Origin: Escherichia phage ECD7 | DNA: 64,000 nt | Sequence record: NC_041936.1 | Reading direction: 5' to 3' (one strand) | Shown: positions 1 through 9,005 of the stretch, piece after piece | Position numbering within the stretch: the first letter of the stretch is position 1 | How the letters are laid out: every line of letters begins with the position of its first letter | The notes under the pieces: model-generated | What the model saw: only the letters and a program-made list of their open reading frames with translations | What the model was told of the DNA's origin: nothing | Databases searched by the model: none | Program-made: the position numbers and the translations under genes

Positions 1-130
1 CACATCAAAAGTTGATCAGGAAGAACACCAGGTCATCAAGGGTGACGATTGGGGTAAAATGGCTGGACGTTCAGAAATGTCCTACATTTTAGGAATCGAA
101 CTGCCACCGCTTGAGATTGACAACGCTTAA

Positions 131-718
131 CTAAATATCTAACCAAGACAAGTCAGATCCGCCCAAGATTTTTTCGACGGCGGATCTATTTTCTTGATGA
201 TATAAGTTAAAACATGGTATCCCATGTCTACGGGCAACATAAACAGCAATTCGAGTTCCTCCCGAAACGATTCCATTAACTTCTTTCGCCCAAAATATCA
301 CACAATCTACAGGGTCATCAAGTGTCTCACCTAAGACTTGAGCAACATTTCTAGAAAACAGATTTTGCATGTATAACGGTATAGAACGAGGATTATCATA
401 AACGTGTTCTAATTCATCCATCGCCAGATTTTTTTGTTCTAAGGTTTGCCATGCAATCACATCATGACCGTTATGCTTGTGGTCATAAAACTTCCAATTT
501 GGAATGAAAATTTTTCTATAATCTGGATCGTAATACTTCATGAAAGCATTGTCCATACCGTAAGCCCCTCCAGAATGCGCTACAACGCGATTTTCTGACA
601 ATACCCTCCCAATGGTACTAGCCATTATCAAAATGTCGCTAGGCGCTTTTCTAGAGCCGATTAAAGCACATCTACGAAGTGGTTTTACTCCAAATAGATC
701 TTGTAACTGGTCAAACAT
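131..718 (-). CDS. hypothetical protein, SLOG/DprA-LOG-like Rossmann fold (tentative)
   Basis: 195-aa ORF with ATG start; glycine-rich loops HSGGAYGMD and VSGGTRIA resemble SLOG/DprA/LOG nucleotide-binding motifs. Confidence 0.5.
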   Translation of the reverse strand: MFDQLQDLFGVKPLRRCALIGSRKAPSDILIMASTIGRVLSENRVVAHSGGAYGMDNAFMKYYDPDYRKIFIPNWKFYDHKHNGHDVIAWQTLEQKNLAMDELEHVYDNPRSIPLYMQNLFSRNVAQVLGETLDDPVDCVIFWAKEVNGIVSGGTRIAVYVARRHGIPCFNLYHQENRSAVEKILGGSDLSWLDI

Positions 719-1100
719 AATATTTCCTCCATAGAAAGCAATATCATACTACAAGTTAATAACAAATACAAGTATCCGCGTAGCGGAAGCGAGCACAGCG
801 AGCAATAAAACACTTCCAGTAATTGATTAATAAATGTTCGAAACAAATTTTTATTATTCTATAAGATAAGTCTTCGTTTTGATCATAATTTAATCATACA
901 TGTAAAAACTACACAAAAGGATATCGCTTCGCGAACTCCTACGGAGTATAACATTTGTGTTACAATATGTAGTGATTAATAATTAACCAAAGATACATTT
1001 TCTATGTTCTAAAGATCTTTCTTCGTTTTGATCATAATTTAATCAAACAGTATTAATATTGTGCACATGTAAACTAAAATTATGTTAATAACAGATACAA

Positions 1101-1128
1101 AAAAGCCGCCCCAAAGGACGGCTAATGT
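1101..1128 (-). terminator. rho-independent terminator-like hairpin
   Basis: GC-rich imperfect hairpin GCCGCCCC..GGACGGC followed by T-run on minus strand, just downstream of ORF 1132-1569. Confidence 0.4.
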
Positions 1129-1131
1129 TAA

Positions 1132-1569
1132 TTATTTGTTGATAACGATCTGATTTCGGCGAATGGTAACATTACTCTTAGAGATGATCAGATCATCCGG
1201 CACTACGTTAGTTTTGTATGGTTGGAAGCGAACAAGCATCTGATTGCGTTTAGACCCTTCCTTAATCTTGATTTCCATCTGGATATTGTTGCCTACGTGA
1301 GCAACCGCAATTTCACCTTTATTCTCATAGACCCACTTGCTGGTAACGTCTCCAGCAAAAGCCTTAATAACTTGCAATGCTTCGTCGTATGCGGTAGAGC
1401 TGTGAACTTTCAGAAGGCCAGCCGTAGCAAGACGTGAGCAGGTGATCGCCGGAGATTGCCAAACATCAACATTAATTTGCTCAATCAGAGTAACACCGCC
1501 CTGATCAACTGCTTTGAATGCTTCGAACATTGCCTTTTTCATTGCTACGTGGTTTTTACGGAATTTCAT
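1132..1569 (-). CDS. hypothetical protein
   Basis: 145-aa ORF, ATG start, terminator-like hairpin immediately downstream (approx 1101-1128). Confidence 0.55.
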   Translation of the reverse strand: MKFRKNHVAMKKAMFEAFKAVDQGGVTLIEQINVDVWQSPAITCSRLATAGLLKVHSSTAYDEALQVIKAFAGDVTSKWVYENKGEIAVAHVGNNIQMEIKIKEGSKRNQMLVRFQPYKTNVVPDDLIISKSNVTIRRNQIVINK

Positions 1570-1615
1570 AATTAGTCACCTCTATTGATTAGTTATTCAG
1601 AATATTAATTACAAA

Positions 1616-1891
1616 TCAGGACATTGCCCGTTTGAATGCGTCCATTATAACAGTGTTATTTGGCATGTCAACACGTTTTTGAACTTTATTTTTAAATTTT
1701 TTGTTGATGTGGTGTTTACGATAAACAACCTTTTCACGGTTGGCGTAAGCCTCGCGTGCGTCTTTTACCATCAACCATGCCTTAGCCGCATCTTGTCCGC
1801 TGATCCCGCCAATCTTCTTAGCAATATCAACAAAATTAAGACCGTGGTCTTCGCGTAGCATGTAAACCATTAACGCTGTTTTCTTGTCCAT
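1616..1891 (-). CDS. hypothetical protein (possible HTH)
   Basis: internal ATG (MDKKT...) chosen because it overlaps the stop of the upstream ORF in an ATGA arrangement; track ORF extends to 1999. Confidence 0.4.
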   Translation of the reverse strand: MDKKTALMVYMLREDHGLNFVDIAKKIGGISGQDAAKAWLMVKDAREAYANREKVVYRKHHINKKFKNKVQKRVDMPNNTVIMDAFKRAMS

Positions 1892-2088
1892 CACTTCGCC
1901 CCATTGACGATTAACAGGATAGTGATTAGCACCGGAAACTGGATCATGATAGTGCCAATAAACCGGATAAATGCATTTTCTGACTTCCACACATGACATG
2001 CGACTAGCTGATAGACCATTGTTGAAACCAGAACTAGGATATAAACCGAAAGCGGTGTAACTTCGATTAGTCGGGAAATCTCATTCAT
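1891..2088 (-). CDS. hypothetical small membrane protein
   Basis: 65-aa ORF, hydrophobic stretch VYILVLVSTMVYQLVA and C-terminal PVLITILLIV. Confidence 0.4.
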   Translation of the reverse strand: MNEISRLIEVTPLSVYILVLVSTMVYQLVACHVWKSENAFIRFIGTIMIQFPVLITILLIVNGAK

Positions 2089-2250
2089 ACTTCACCTCAT
2101 ACATTCATAAACACAACAACGAATAATACAGTAACAGTTATCAACGCCATTTTCAACCCCATATTCATAATATGTTCTTCGCCTCACTATGGACAGTAGC
2201 ATGTCGATGCGTGCCATTATAGACATCTAAATCGCTCTGTCAAGCACAAA

Positions 2251-2279
2251 AACAAAAAAGCCACCCCGAAGGATGGCTG
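2251..2279 (-). terminator. rho-independent terminator downstream of hoc
   Basis: AGCCATCC-TTCG-GGGTGGCT hairpin followed by TTTTTTGTTTTT on minus strand. Confidence 0.6.
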
Positions 2280-2289
2280 ATAGATTTCA

Positions 2290-3504
2290 TTAAGCAGGAT
2301 GCGTTTCACGAATGCGTAGAACTCGCTCTAACGTATCTCGGTCCAGTTTATGTAACTCTTTGGAATGATACATGAAACCATTGCGAGATTCCATGCAAGT
2401 GCAATCACTATATTTTTCTTCCGCTGCCGCGATTGTCTCCAGATCTTTGGCGTACTTGCTGGTTGAATAAACTTCTCGATCACGCCACTCTAACCCAGAC
2501 TCATTGAATTTAACAATCTCGTCAAATACCCACCATCCAATGTAGATAAATGAAGTTTTGCGCCACGGGATCGGGTGTACGTAACGAAACATTTTAACAA
2601 CTTCCATTGAACATTTTCGGCTTGTACTTGCTGCAACTTCTACTGTTTCATCTTCGATCTGTTGATATAGTTTAGCAACACACCAGAATTTGGCTGTGTC
2701 ATCGTAAGTAGCACTCTCTTTGAACAGATGACCGTCTGGAGTGATAGAAAATCCTTCCAGTGCTTCGCCGACCTCACTACCGATCAGAGTCGGTGACATT
2801 TGCCCTTCGCGCTGCAAATACCAGTTATATTTGATCGTCAAATTAGGCATACCGCTAGAATCGCCTACAATGTCCTCTGACACAACATAATTAAGTGATA
2901 TCTCATTACCTAGTGCCACGGTCTTTGATTCCACCACATCCTGATCTACGTTCATTGTTGCCAGCATTATTTTAGTCGATGCGCTAGCGGCTGAATCTTC
3001 CGACTCGCCCCACACTTTTACAGTATACACGCCGTTTTTATCTGCTGTAAATTCTTGGATCGTAATATCCTTTTTTGTGTCTATAACGTCATCGCCCTTA
3101 CTCCAACTATAATGTAGTTCATAGTTGTCTGCTGGAGTCTTCCCACCAGAAAAATTTACTGTTGCATGTAATTCTACGTCTTTTTGTGATGATACGTAGA
3201 AATGCTGCGGTTCGGTGATATTTACGATTAATTCAGCTTCTTCCATGAGGAAAACTTCAGATTCTACTGATGTCATCGTATCGGTATCTTGTACCGTTAC
3301 TTTATAGCTACCCGCATTTTCACTTGTTGCGTCTGCTACAGTTAGCGTAGCTGTGCTATTTTCATGCGGTTGGTCGTCTTTTGTCCATGTATATGTCAAA
3401 TTGCTGGGTAATGGTTCGTCACCCGCTACAGTCGCCGTTAAGGTGAAACCATCTCCAGCAAGAAAACATCTTTTGTTAGATTGTATTGATACTGTGAAAG
3501 CCAT
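2290..3504 (-). CDS. hoc: Hoc-like outer capsid decoration protein with Ig-like repeats
   Basis: 404 aa; repeated Ig-like modules (..YTWTKDD.., ..YSWSKGDD..); position upstream of inh-uvsW as in T4; terminator downstream. Confidence 0.7.
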   Translation of the reverse strand: MAFTVSIQSNKRCFLAGDGFTLTATVAGDEPLPSNLTYTWTKDDQPHENSTATLTVADATSENAGSYKVTVQDTDTMTSVESEVFLMEEAELIVNITEPQHFYVSSQKDVELHATVNFSGGKTPADNYELHYSWSKGDDVIDTKKDITIQEFTADKNGVYTVKVWGESEDSAASASTKIMLATMNVDQDVVESKTVALGNEISLNYVVSEDIVGDSSGMPNLTIKYNWYLQREGQMSPTLIGSEVGEALEGFSITPDGHLFKESATYDDTAKFWCVAKLYQQIEDETVEVAASTSRKCSMEVVKMFRYVHPIPWRKTSFIYIGWWVFDEIVKFNESGLEWRDREVYSTSKYAKDLETIAAAEEKYSDCTCMESRNGFMYHSKELHKLDRDTLERVLRIRETHPA

Positions 3505-3843
3505 ATAAAGCCACTCCCATCGAAAATCCGAATTTAATTAATTGAAATAGTTGATTGTCATCAACCAGATAACCATTGCGAGATTCCAATACATGAGTAT
3601 TAGAATAGTGATGCAACGAGGCCGAAATAATATCGATCTCGTCTGGGTATTTGTTCTGCTATAAAGTCTGCTGTACTAACAACAATCTTTAACAGAAGTG
3701 GATGACCAACGGAGCCATAAACCGGACCTTCTGTTTGATGTAATACATTGATTTTGTTAGACATGTAGTCTCCCTTTTTAATTGCATAACGGAACTACAA
3801 TTAAAATTATAACAAATATTTCACAACTTTTATCACCCAAAAA

Positions 3844-4569
3844 TTACTTGAGTGTGTGGAATTGGCTATGTTTAGTCTCTCGCACCTTGACAGACCCATC
3901 GCGTTTGATATAATAGATCAGTGACTTGAGGGTGTCGTGTACATACGCGTGCGGGAAACGCTCTGGATACTTCTTCCAATCTGGAGTATTAACGATCCAG
4001 TCGAAAATCCACCACGGGCAGGAGTAGTAACCACGACCGCCACCGATCAAGCAAATGGTCGGACGGAAGCCAGTAAGATCGCAAAATGAATCAGTGTCAT
4101 TTGCTGGGGAACGATGTTCTGCTTCGTCAGAGAAAATGTTTGCTACCGGAGATTCCACTTTAACTTCCGGTGCTTCTTCAACATCTGACTTAACTTCTTC
4201 GACCACTGGTTCAACTGCTGGAGATTCTTCTTTTGTTTCTTCAATGACGATCTCAGGTTCTTTCATTGCTTCAACCAGAGACGGGTCAACTTCGTCGAAT
4301 ACCACTTTATCATCTGCGGTGTCTGCTGCCAGAATAAGATCGTTAATACTGGTTCCTTCTGCCGGAGTTTCTTCTTCCATTTCGGAAGCCAGTTTAGTTA
4401 ATTCGGTTTCTACGAACTCGATCATGTTCTCTAGTGATAAAGTCTTTTTGACCTTAATATCAAATTGTTTTGCGTAGTCAGCTAATTCTGTTTTAGCTGT
4501 TTTCTGTGCTTCTTTGTCGTCGGACGCCGCAATAGCGCGGAGTTCTTCGAAATATTCTTTATCAAACAT
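3844..4569 (-). CDS. inh: acidic protein, Inh-like (prohead protease inhibitor) by synteny
   Basis: 241 aa, highly acidic; lies between hoc and uvsW as T4 inh does; no sequence motif recognised. Confidence 0.45.
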   Translation of the reverse strand: MFDKEYFEELRAIAASDDKEAQKTAKTELADYAKQFDIKVKKTLSLENMIEFVETELTKLASEMEEETPAEGTSINDLILAADTADDKVVFDEVDPSLVEAMKEPEIVIEETKEESPAVEPVVEEVKSDVEEAPEVKVESPVANIFSDEAEHRSPANDTDSFCDLTGFRPTICLIGGGRGYYSCPWWIFDWIVNTPDWKKYPERFPHAYVHDTLKSLIYYIKRDGSVKVRETKHSQFHTLK

Positions 4570-4595
4570 GTTATTCTCCTGATTGGGGGTGTTTG

Positions 4596-4603
4596 TATAA
4601 ATA
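4596..4603 (+). promoter_or_regulatory. T4-type late promoter (TATAAATA) for uvsW
   Basis: exact TATAAATA about 37 nt upstream of uvsW ATG. Confidence 0.55.
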
Positions 4604-4639
4604 TTTGTATACTGTATTTATTGAGTGAGGCTATTCGCT

Positions 4640-6142
4640 ATGCAAGATATTAAAATTCACTTTCTGAACTATTCCCATGTTCAAATTGAATGTAGCGATT
4701 CAATTTTATTAGAAATGCGAGATTATTTTAGTTTTGAAGTCGAGGGAGCGCGGTTTCAAAAAAGATTTAAGTATGGTGGATGGGATGGGCGTATTCGTCT
4801 TTTAGATTACAACGGAAAGCTGCCAATCGGCCTAACTAAAACCGTGGGAATCTTCGCTAAAAATATGGGCTATAGCGTATGGGTAGATCCTCGCTTATTC
4901 GAAAAAGAACAAGTTACAGAAGAAGAAATTACAAAATGGTGTAATGACTTAGAATTATATTCCGGTGCTAACAGGATCACCCCGCATTGGTATCAATCAA
5001 AGGCTGTCTTTGAAGGTATTCATCATAAACGCCGTATGTTAGTTTTGCCTACGTCCGCTGGTAAATCTGCGATTGCTTGTATGTTGTCTCGCTGGTACTT
5101 AGAGAACTACGAAGGGAAAGTGTTGATCATCGTTCCTACCACGTCGCTAGTGCTGCAAATGCGTGATGATTTTGTTGATTATCGCCAGTTTCCTTATGAA
5201 GCAATTCATACTATCATGAGCGGTACTAGTAAACACGTAGGTGATCGCCTGATCGTTGTTAGTACGTGGCAATCTGCATGTAAACAACCTCGTGAGTGGT
5301 TCCAGCAATTTGGGATGGTTATTGTTGACGAATGTCACAAAGCCACTGCTAAAAACCTGCTAAACATCGTTACTGATATGGATCATTGCCAATTTAAGAT
5401 CGGCATGACTGGTTCCCCTCGTGACGGGAAAGCTAACATGATGCAGTATGTCGGGCTTTTCGGTGACATTTCCAAGATCGTGAGTATTGACCGCCTGATG
5501 GAAGAAGGCCAGGTGACAAAACTGAAAATTAACTGTCTTTTCCTTCGTTATACCGATGAGGAATGTAGCGCGGTTAAGGGTAGAGAATATGCGGAAGAGA
5601 TCAAGTATATTACGTCTAACCCACGACGTAATAAGTTTGCTTGTAATTTGGCGCTAAAACTCGCTAAGAAGGGCGAAAACGTATTCCTGATGTTCCGCAA
5701 TACTAAGCACGGAAAACTTATGTATGACGCGTTACAGAAGGTACACGACAAGGTTTATTATATTGACGGTGGAGTTAAGACAGAAGAACGTGATGAATTT
5801 AAGAAATTAGCGGAAGGGGAAACCGGGATCATTTGTGTTGCGTCTTATGGTGTGTTCTCTACTGGTGTTTCAATTAAGAATTTGCACCATGTTATTTTCG
5901 GTCATCCAGTGAAGGAATCAACTATCGTTCGTCAGAGTATCGGTCGTGCATTGCGTAAACATGGTTCGAAAGACATTGCAACGGTCTGGGATCTTATAGA
6001 TCATCTGGCGGTGAAGACAAAGAGCAAGAATGCTAAGAAACAGTTTAGTCACCTTAATTATGCTCTTAAACATGCCCTTGAAAGAATAAAAATTTACAAC
6101 ACCGACCGATTCGAATATGTCACGAAAACCATCGAGATTTAA
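4640..6142 (+). CDS. uvsW: UvsW DNA helicase (SF2)
   Basis: N-terminus MQDIKIHF..FSFEVEGARFQKRFKYGGWDGRIRLLDY matches recalled T4 UvsW; Walker A PTSAGKS, DEAH-like VDECH; start moved from track GTG (4625) to ATG 4640; late promoter TATAAATA upstream. Confidence 0.9.
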   Translation: MQDIKIHFLNYSHVQIECSDSILLEMRDYFSFEVEGARFQKRFKYGGWDGRIRLLDYNGKLPIGLTKTVGIFAKNMGYSVWVDPRLFEKEQVTEEEITKWCNDLELYSGANRITPHWYQSKAVFEGIHHKRRMLVLPTSAGKSAIACMLSRWYLENYEGKVLIIVPTTSLVLQMRDDFVDYRQFPYEAIHTIMSGTSKHVGDRLIVVSTWQSACKQPREWFQQFGMVIVDECHKATAKNLLNIVTDMDHCQFKIGMTGSPRDGKANMMQYVGLFGDISKIVSIDRLMEEGQVTKLKINCLFLRYTDEECSAVKGREYAEEIKYITSNPRRNKFACNLALKLAKKGENVFLMFRNTKHGKLMYDALQKVHDKVYYIDGGVKTEERDEFKKLAEGETGIICVASYGVFSTGVSIKNLHHVIFGHPVKESTIVRQSIGRALRKHGSKDIATVWDLIDHLAVKTKSKNAKKQFSHLNYALKHALERIKIYNTDRFEYVTKTIEI

Positions 6143-6147
6143 TAAAT

Positions 6148-6172
6148 AGGGGCTTTAATGCCCCTTTATTTC
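6148..6172 (+). terminator. rho-independent terminator downstream of uvsW
   Basis: AGGGGCTTTAATGCCCCT hairpin followed by TTATTT. Confidence 0.55.
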
Positions 6173-6186
6173 TACGGAGATTAAAA

Positions 6187-6423
6187 ATGATTAGCTTTAA
6201 ACGTTTTTTGGTTGAGGCCGCTATTGACGGTTTCATGCGTAAGATTTATTCTTGTAATACTATCGAGGGATTAAATGAACTTGAGGAATATTATGAGAAG
6301 CGCAAGAAAGAAACAGAATTGAAACCTGCTGATGATATTTCGATCCGTGATGCCATCGCTGGACGCCGTAAGCAATTGGAAGCGGACAACGAGCCAGAAG
6401 AGGAGCCGGAAGAGGATTTTTAA
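6187..6423 (+). CDS. UvsW.1-like small protein
   Basis: 78-aa ORF immediately after uvsW, acidic C-terminus; synteny with T4 uvsW.1. Confidence 0.55.
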   Translation: MISFKRFLVEAAIDGFMRKIYSCNTIEGLNELEEYYEKRKKETELKPADDISIRDAIAGRRKQLEADNEPEEEPEEDF

Positions 6424-6425
6424 GA

Positions 6426-6453
6426 TATAAAAAAGCCCCATCAATGATGGGGC
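6426..6453 (-). terminator. rho-independent terminator (minus strand), hairpin shared with uvsW.1 3-prime end
   Basis: GCCCCATCAATGATGGGGC hairpin, TTTTTTATAT after it on minus strand. Confidence 0.55.
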
Positions 6454-6486
6454 AAAATAAACCAATTAAAATCGGTTATCAACAAA

Positions 6487-6663
6487 TTACATTAACAGCA
6501 TTGTTTGCTCTACGAGTTGTTCTTGTTCTTCGCCGTTCGCATCTTCACTAATCGAACGTTCTGTTACTAGCTGTAAGCAGTAGCCAGTGTGAACAACGCC
6601 GTTTTCTGTCTGGACTGCTAACGCATCCTCGACAGGTTGTTTACAACAAATACAGATTTTCAT
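6487..6663 (-). CDS. small Cys-containing hypothetical protein (uvsY.-2 position)
   Basis: 58-aa ORF read by eye (MKICICCKQPVEDALAVQTENGVVHTGYC...), ATG start, terminator hairpin downstream (6435-6453); not in ORF track because under 60 aa. Confidence 0.4.
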   Translation of the reverse strand: MKICICCKQPVEDALAVQTENGVVHTGYCLQLVTERSISEDANGEEQEQLVEQTMLLM

Positions 6664-6684
6664 AAAAATTCCTCCTGCATGTAT

Positions 6685-7092
6685 TTAGCGACCAGATTCC
6701 AGCATACGCAATTCTATAGCATTCTTGATCGCAAATCCACGAGATTTAACGATATCAAGTGCGCGACCAGCAAAATCCATTACCATCTGGTAATATGCAA
6801 TTTTCGTATCAAGCGGTAAGATCTCGTCGTCTGCTGCCATGACAACTTTCAATTCTGATTTCTCATATTCAGCACGACACCAGTCATCACTACGGTTAGT
6901 GTAAAAGTCAAGACGATTTTTCATAGCCTTTTTCTTTTTAGCCTCAAGAGCAATCGTCTCTCTTTTCGCCTCGCTGTAAATCCTTAACCACTTTGAGTAT
7001 ACTACCGGATTATTCAGCGCCTCCCATTGCAACTTAGTCGCATCGATCTTCATGTCAGCTTCTAATTGTTCTTTCAAATCGTTTAGGTCCAT
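6685..7092 (-). CDS. uvsY: UvsY recombination mediator
   Basis: 135 aa; ..KLQWEALNN..YSKWL..KSRGFAIKN.. matches recalled T4 UvsY. Confidence 0.85.
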   Translation of the reverse strand: MDLNDLKEQLEADMKIDATKLQWEALNNPVVYSKWLRIYSEAKRETIALEAKKKKAMKNRLDFYTNRSDDWCRAEYEKSELKVVMAADDEILPLDTKIAYYQMVMDFAGRALDIVKSRGFAIKNAIELRMLESGR

Positions 7093-7139
7093 AATATCCC
7101 CTTATTCACACTAAGACCTATATCATATCACACACAAAA

Positions 7140-7526
7140 TCACTTTGCAAGTCTTATGCGTAGTTGTTCAAGATCATCTGGGTTATCTATTACTGAAAAG
7201 TAGATTGATACTATGATTGAGTTATCGTCGTACTGCGGAGTTACTTCTACTGTCAGGTTTCGGACCCGTGGTTCATAGTTTCGGATCGCCTCATTGATGT
7301 TTTTTGATAAGGTATCCACTGTCAGTGGGTTCATGTTCTCAAACAGTGATTTATTGAGATCGCATCCAAACAGTGGATCAAATGGACGAGATCCCTTGCG
7401 AGTAGTCACGATCAGTAGAATAGAATCCTTAACCGCTTTAATCCCTATGTTCTTTTTAACGTCGTTATTCCACGATCTGGATATATTGAGATCCAAATCA
7501 GTATACATCTGATTAATAGTTGCCAT
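7140..7526 (-). CDS. 25: baseplate wedge subunit gp25
   Basis: TTRKGSRPFDPLFGCDL..FSVIDNPDD matches T4 gp25; start set to ATG (MATINQ..) 12 nt inside track ORF. Confidence 0.85.
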   Translation of the reverse strand: MATINQMYTDLDLNISRSWNNDVKKNIGIKAVKDSILLIVTTRKGSRPFDPLFGCDLNKSLFENMNPLTVDTLSKNINEAIRNYEPRVRNLTVEVTPQYDDNSIIVSIYFSVIDNPDDLEQLRIRLAK

Positions 7527-7534
7527 GTTATACC

Positions 7535-8164
7535 TCAAAGAATTTTAAGGAAACTGGATAGACCTGATAATGAATATACACCAGATTCCCCGCATTCGCA
7601 CTTGATCGGTACTGCCAGCGTGATTTGATTTCTTGTTAGCTCGTCGATCACTTCTTCCACTTTATCCGTGGTAAGCATATCCAGCACGCGGTCAAAGTCC
7701 TGTGCGTTCAGGTCGTCTATATTGAATTGCTGATCGCCGATCACGATATATTCGATACATGCAATTACCATCTGCATAATATCAACATCTTCTGTAAACT
7801 TAGGTTGACGAAATTTTATTTTTACTTGCCCTAAGTCCAGAATATACGGTTCAACTTCTGGTATCTGTGTGCGTGAAACATCAAGAGAGTATACTTTCTC
7901 TTTATTGCATACACCACACACCCAAGTAGCATCAATTTTCATCTTATTGAGGCTGTGACACCATAAGAGAAGAAAAATATATTCTGCTTCGCATTTCTCT
8001 AGCTCTAATGCATTGATCCCCGTACATTCATGTATGATCTCTATAACAACCTCTGACAGCTTGCCAGTCTCTTTTGCTGCTACCAGTTTTTGAAATTCGC
8101 CGAAGGTGAAAGCACGGGCGTGTATCAACTTTTCGCCTAATTGGATCTTGAAAAAGTATTGCAT
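7535..8164 (-). CDS. 26: baseplate hub subunit gp26
   Basis: 209 aa, position between gp25 and gp51 as in T4. Confidence 0.75.
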   Translation of the reverse strand: MQYFFKIQLGEKLIHARAFTFGEFQKLVAAKETGKLSEVVIEIIHECTGINALELEKCEAEYIFLLLWCHSLNKMKIDATWVCGVCNKEKVYSLDVSRTQIPEVEPYILDLGQVKIKFRQPKFTEDVDIMQMVIACIEYIVIGDQQFNIDDLNAQDFDRVLDMLTTDKVEEVIDELTRNQITLAVPIKCECGESGVYSLSGLSSFLKIL

Positions 8165-8206
8165 AATAAAACACCCTTTATAAACACATAGAATTATTTA
8201 GTATTT

Positions 8207-8214
8207 TATAAATA
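8207..8214 (+). promoter_or_regulatory. T4-type late promoter (TATAAATA) for gene 51
   Basis: exact TATAAATA about 20 nt upstream of gp51 ATG. Confidence 0.55.
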
Positions 8215-8234
8215 CCCGAAAGGGGGATTATACC

Positions 8235-9005
8235 ATGAATATTATCAGAATAAAACTACCGGAAGGTGTGCAGAGATTTAAACCATTCACGGTAAAAGAT
8301 TATAGAGATTTCCTTCTGGTGTCAACTGAAATTAAGATGAATCCAGAAGAAGAACAAACGATTCTTGATGAGCTATTAGAAGAAATATATCCAGAAGTAG
8401 ATCCGGCATTTCGTGAATATATTTTCCTGAATGTCTTTACTAGTTCAATTGGTAAAACTAAAATACCGCTTTGTTTTACTTGCCCGACTTGCAACAAAGA
8501 AAGAAAAATGTTGCTTAACTTACAGGTTGAAGCACTAAAACCAATCGTTCTAGAGGCCGCAGGGCTTAAAATAACTTTCCGGTATGTTAAACCATCAACC
8601 GACTATGCAAAAACGTTTCTGGATGCGATAGAGCGTGTATCTGATGGTATTAATGATTATCTATGGACTGAATTACCGGAAGAAGTTAGAGAACAGGTTA
8701 TCGATTCAATCTCATTTGCTGAATTTGAAGAAGTTGTTAAGCAGATGCACACAATCAAGATCGAACAAAAGATATCTTGTTGTGAAAGTCATGACCTGAA
8801 ATACATAGGTCTTCTTCCATTATTCAAATTGTTGTTGAATCCAGATGAGTTATTCATCTTTTATCGAATAAACCATCTATTGGCAAAATCAAATTATTCT
8901 ATCAGTGATCTTATGGATATGTTACCGGTCGAGAGAAACATTGCACTGACACTGGTCGAGAAAGACGTAAAAGAGGCAAATAATGCAAAGAACGGGGTTT
9001 CCTAA
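8235..9005 (+). CDS. 51: baseplate hub assembly protein gp51
   Basis: 256 aa, divergent from gp26, CxxC..C motif, late promoter TATAAATA 8207-8214 upstream; synteny. Confidence 0.75.
   Translation: MNIIRIKLPEGVQRFKPFTVKDYRDFLLVSTEIKMNPEEEQTILDELLEEIYPEVDPAFREYIFLNVFTSSIGKTKIPLCFTCPTCNKERKMLLNLQVEALKPIVLEAAGLKITFRYVKPSTDYAKTFLDAIERVSDGINDYLWTELPEEVREQVIDSISFAEFEEVVKQMHTIKIEQKISCCESHDLKYIGLLPLFKLLLNPDELFIFYRINHLLAKSNYSISDLMDMLPVERNIALTLVEKDVKEANNAKNGVS

Noticed and set aside
3602-3764. 54-aa minus-strand ORF upstream of hoc
   Set aside because: No SD or promoter, and it overlaps the hoc-derived repeat fragment; more likely a remnant than a gene.
4055-4477. 140-aa plus-strand ORF
   Set aside because: Antisense to the inh-like gene; Ser/Thr-rich shadow of an acidic (GAx-rich) coding strand.
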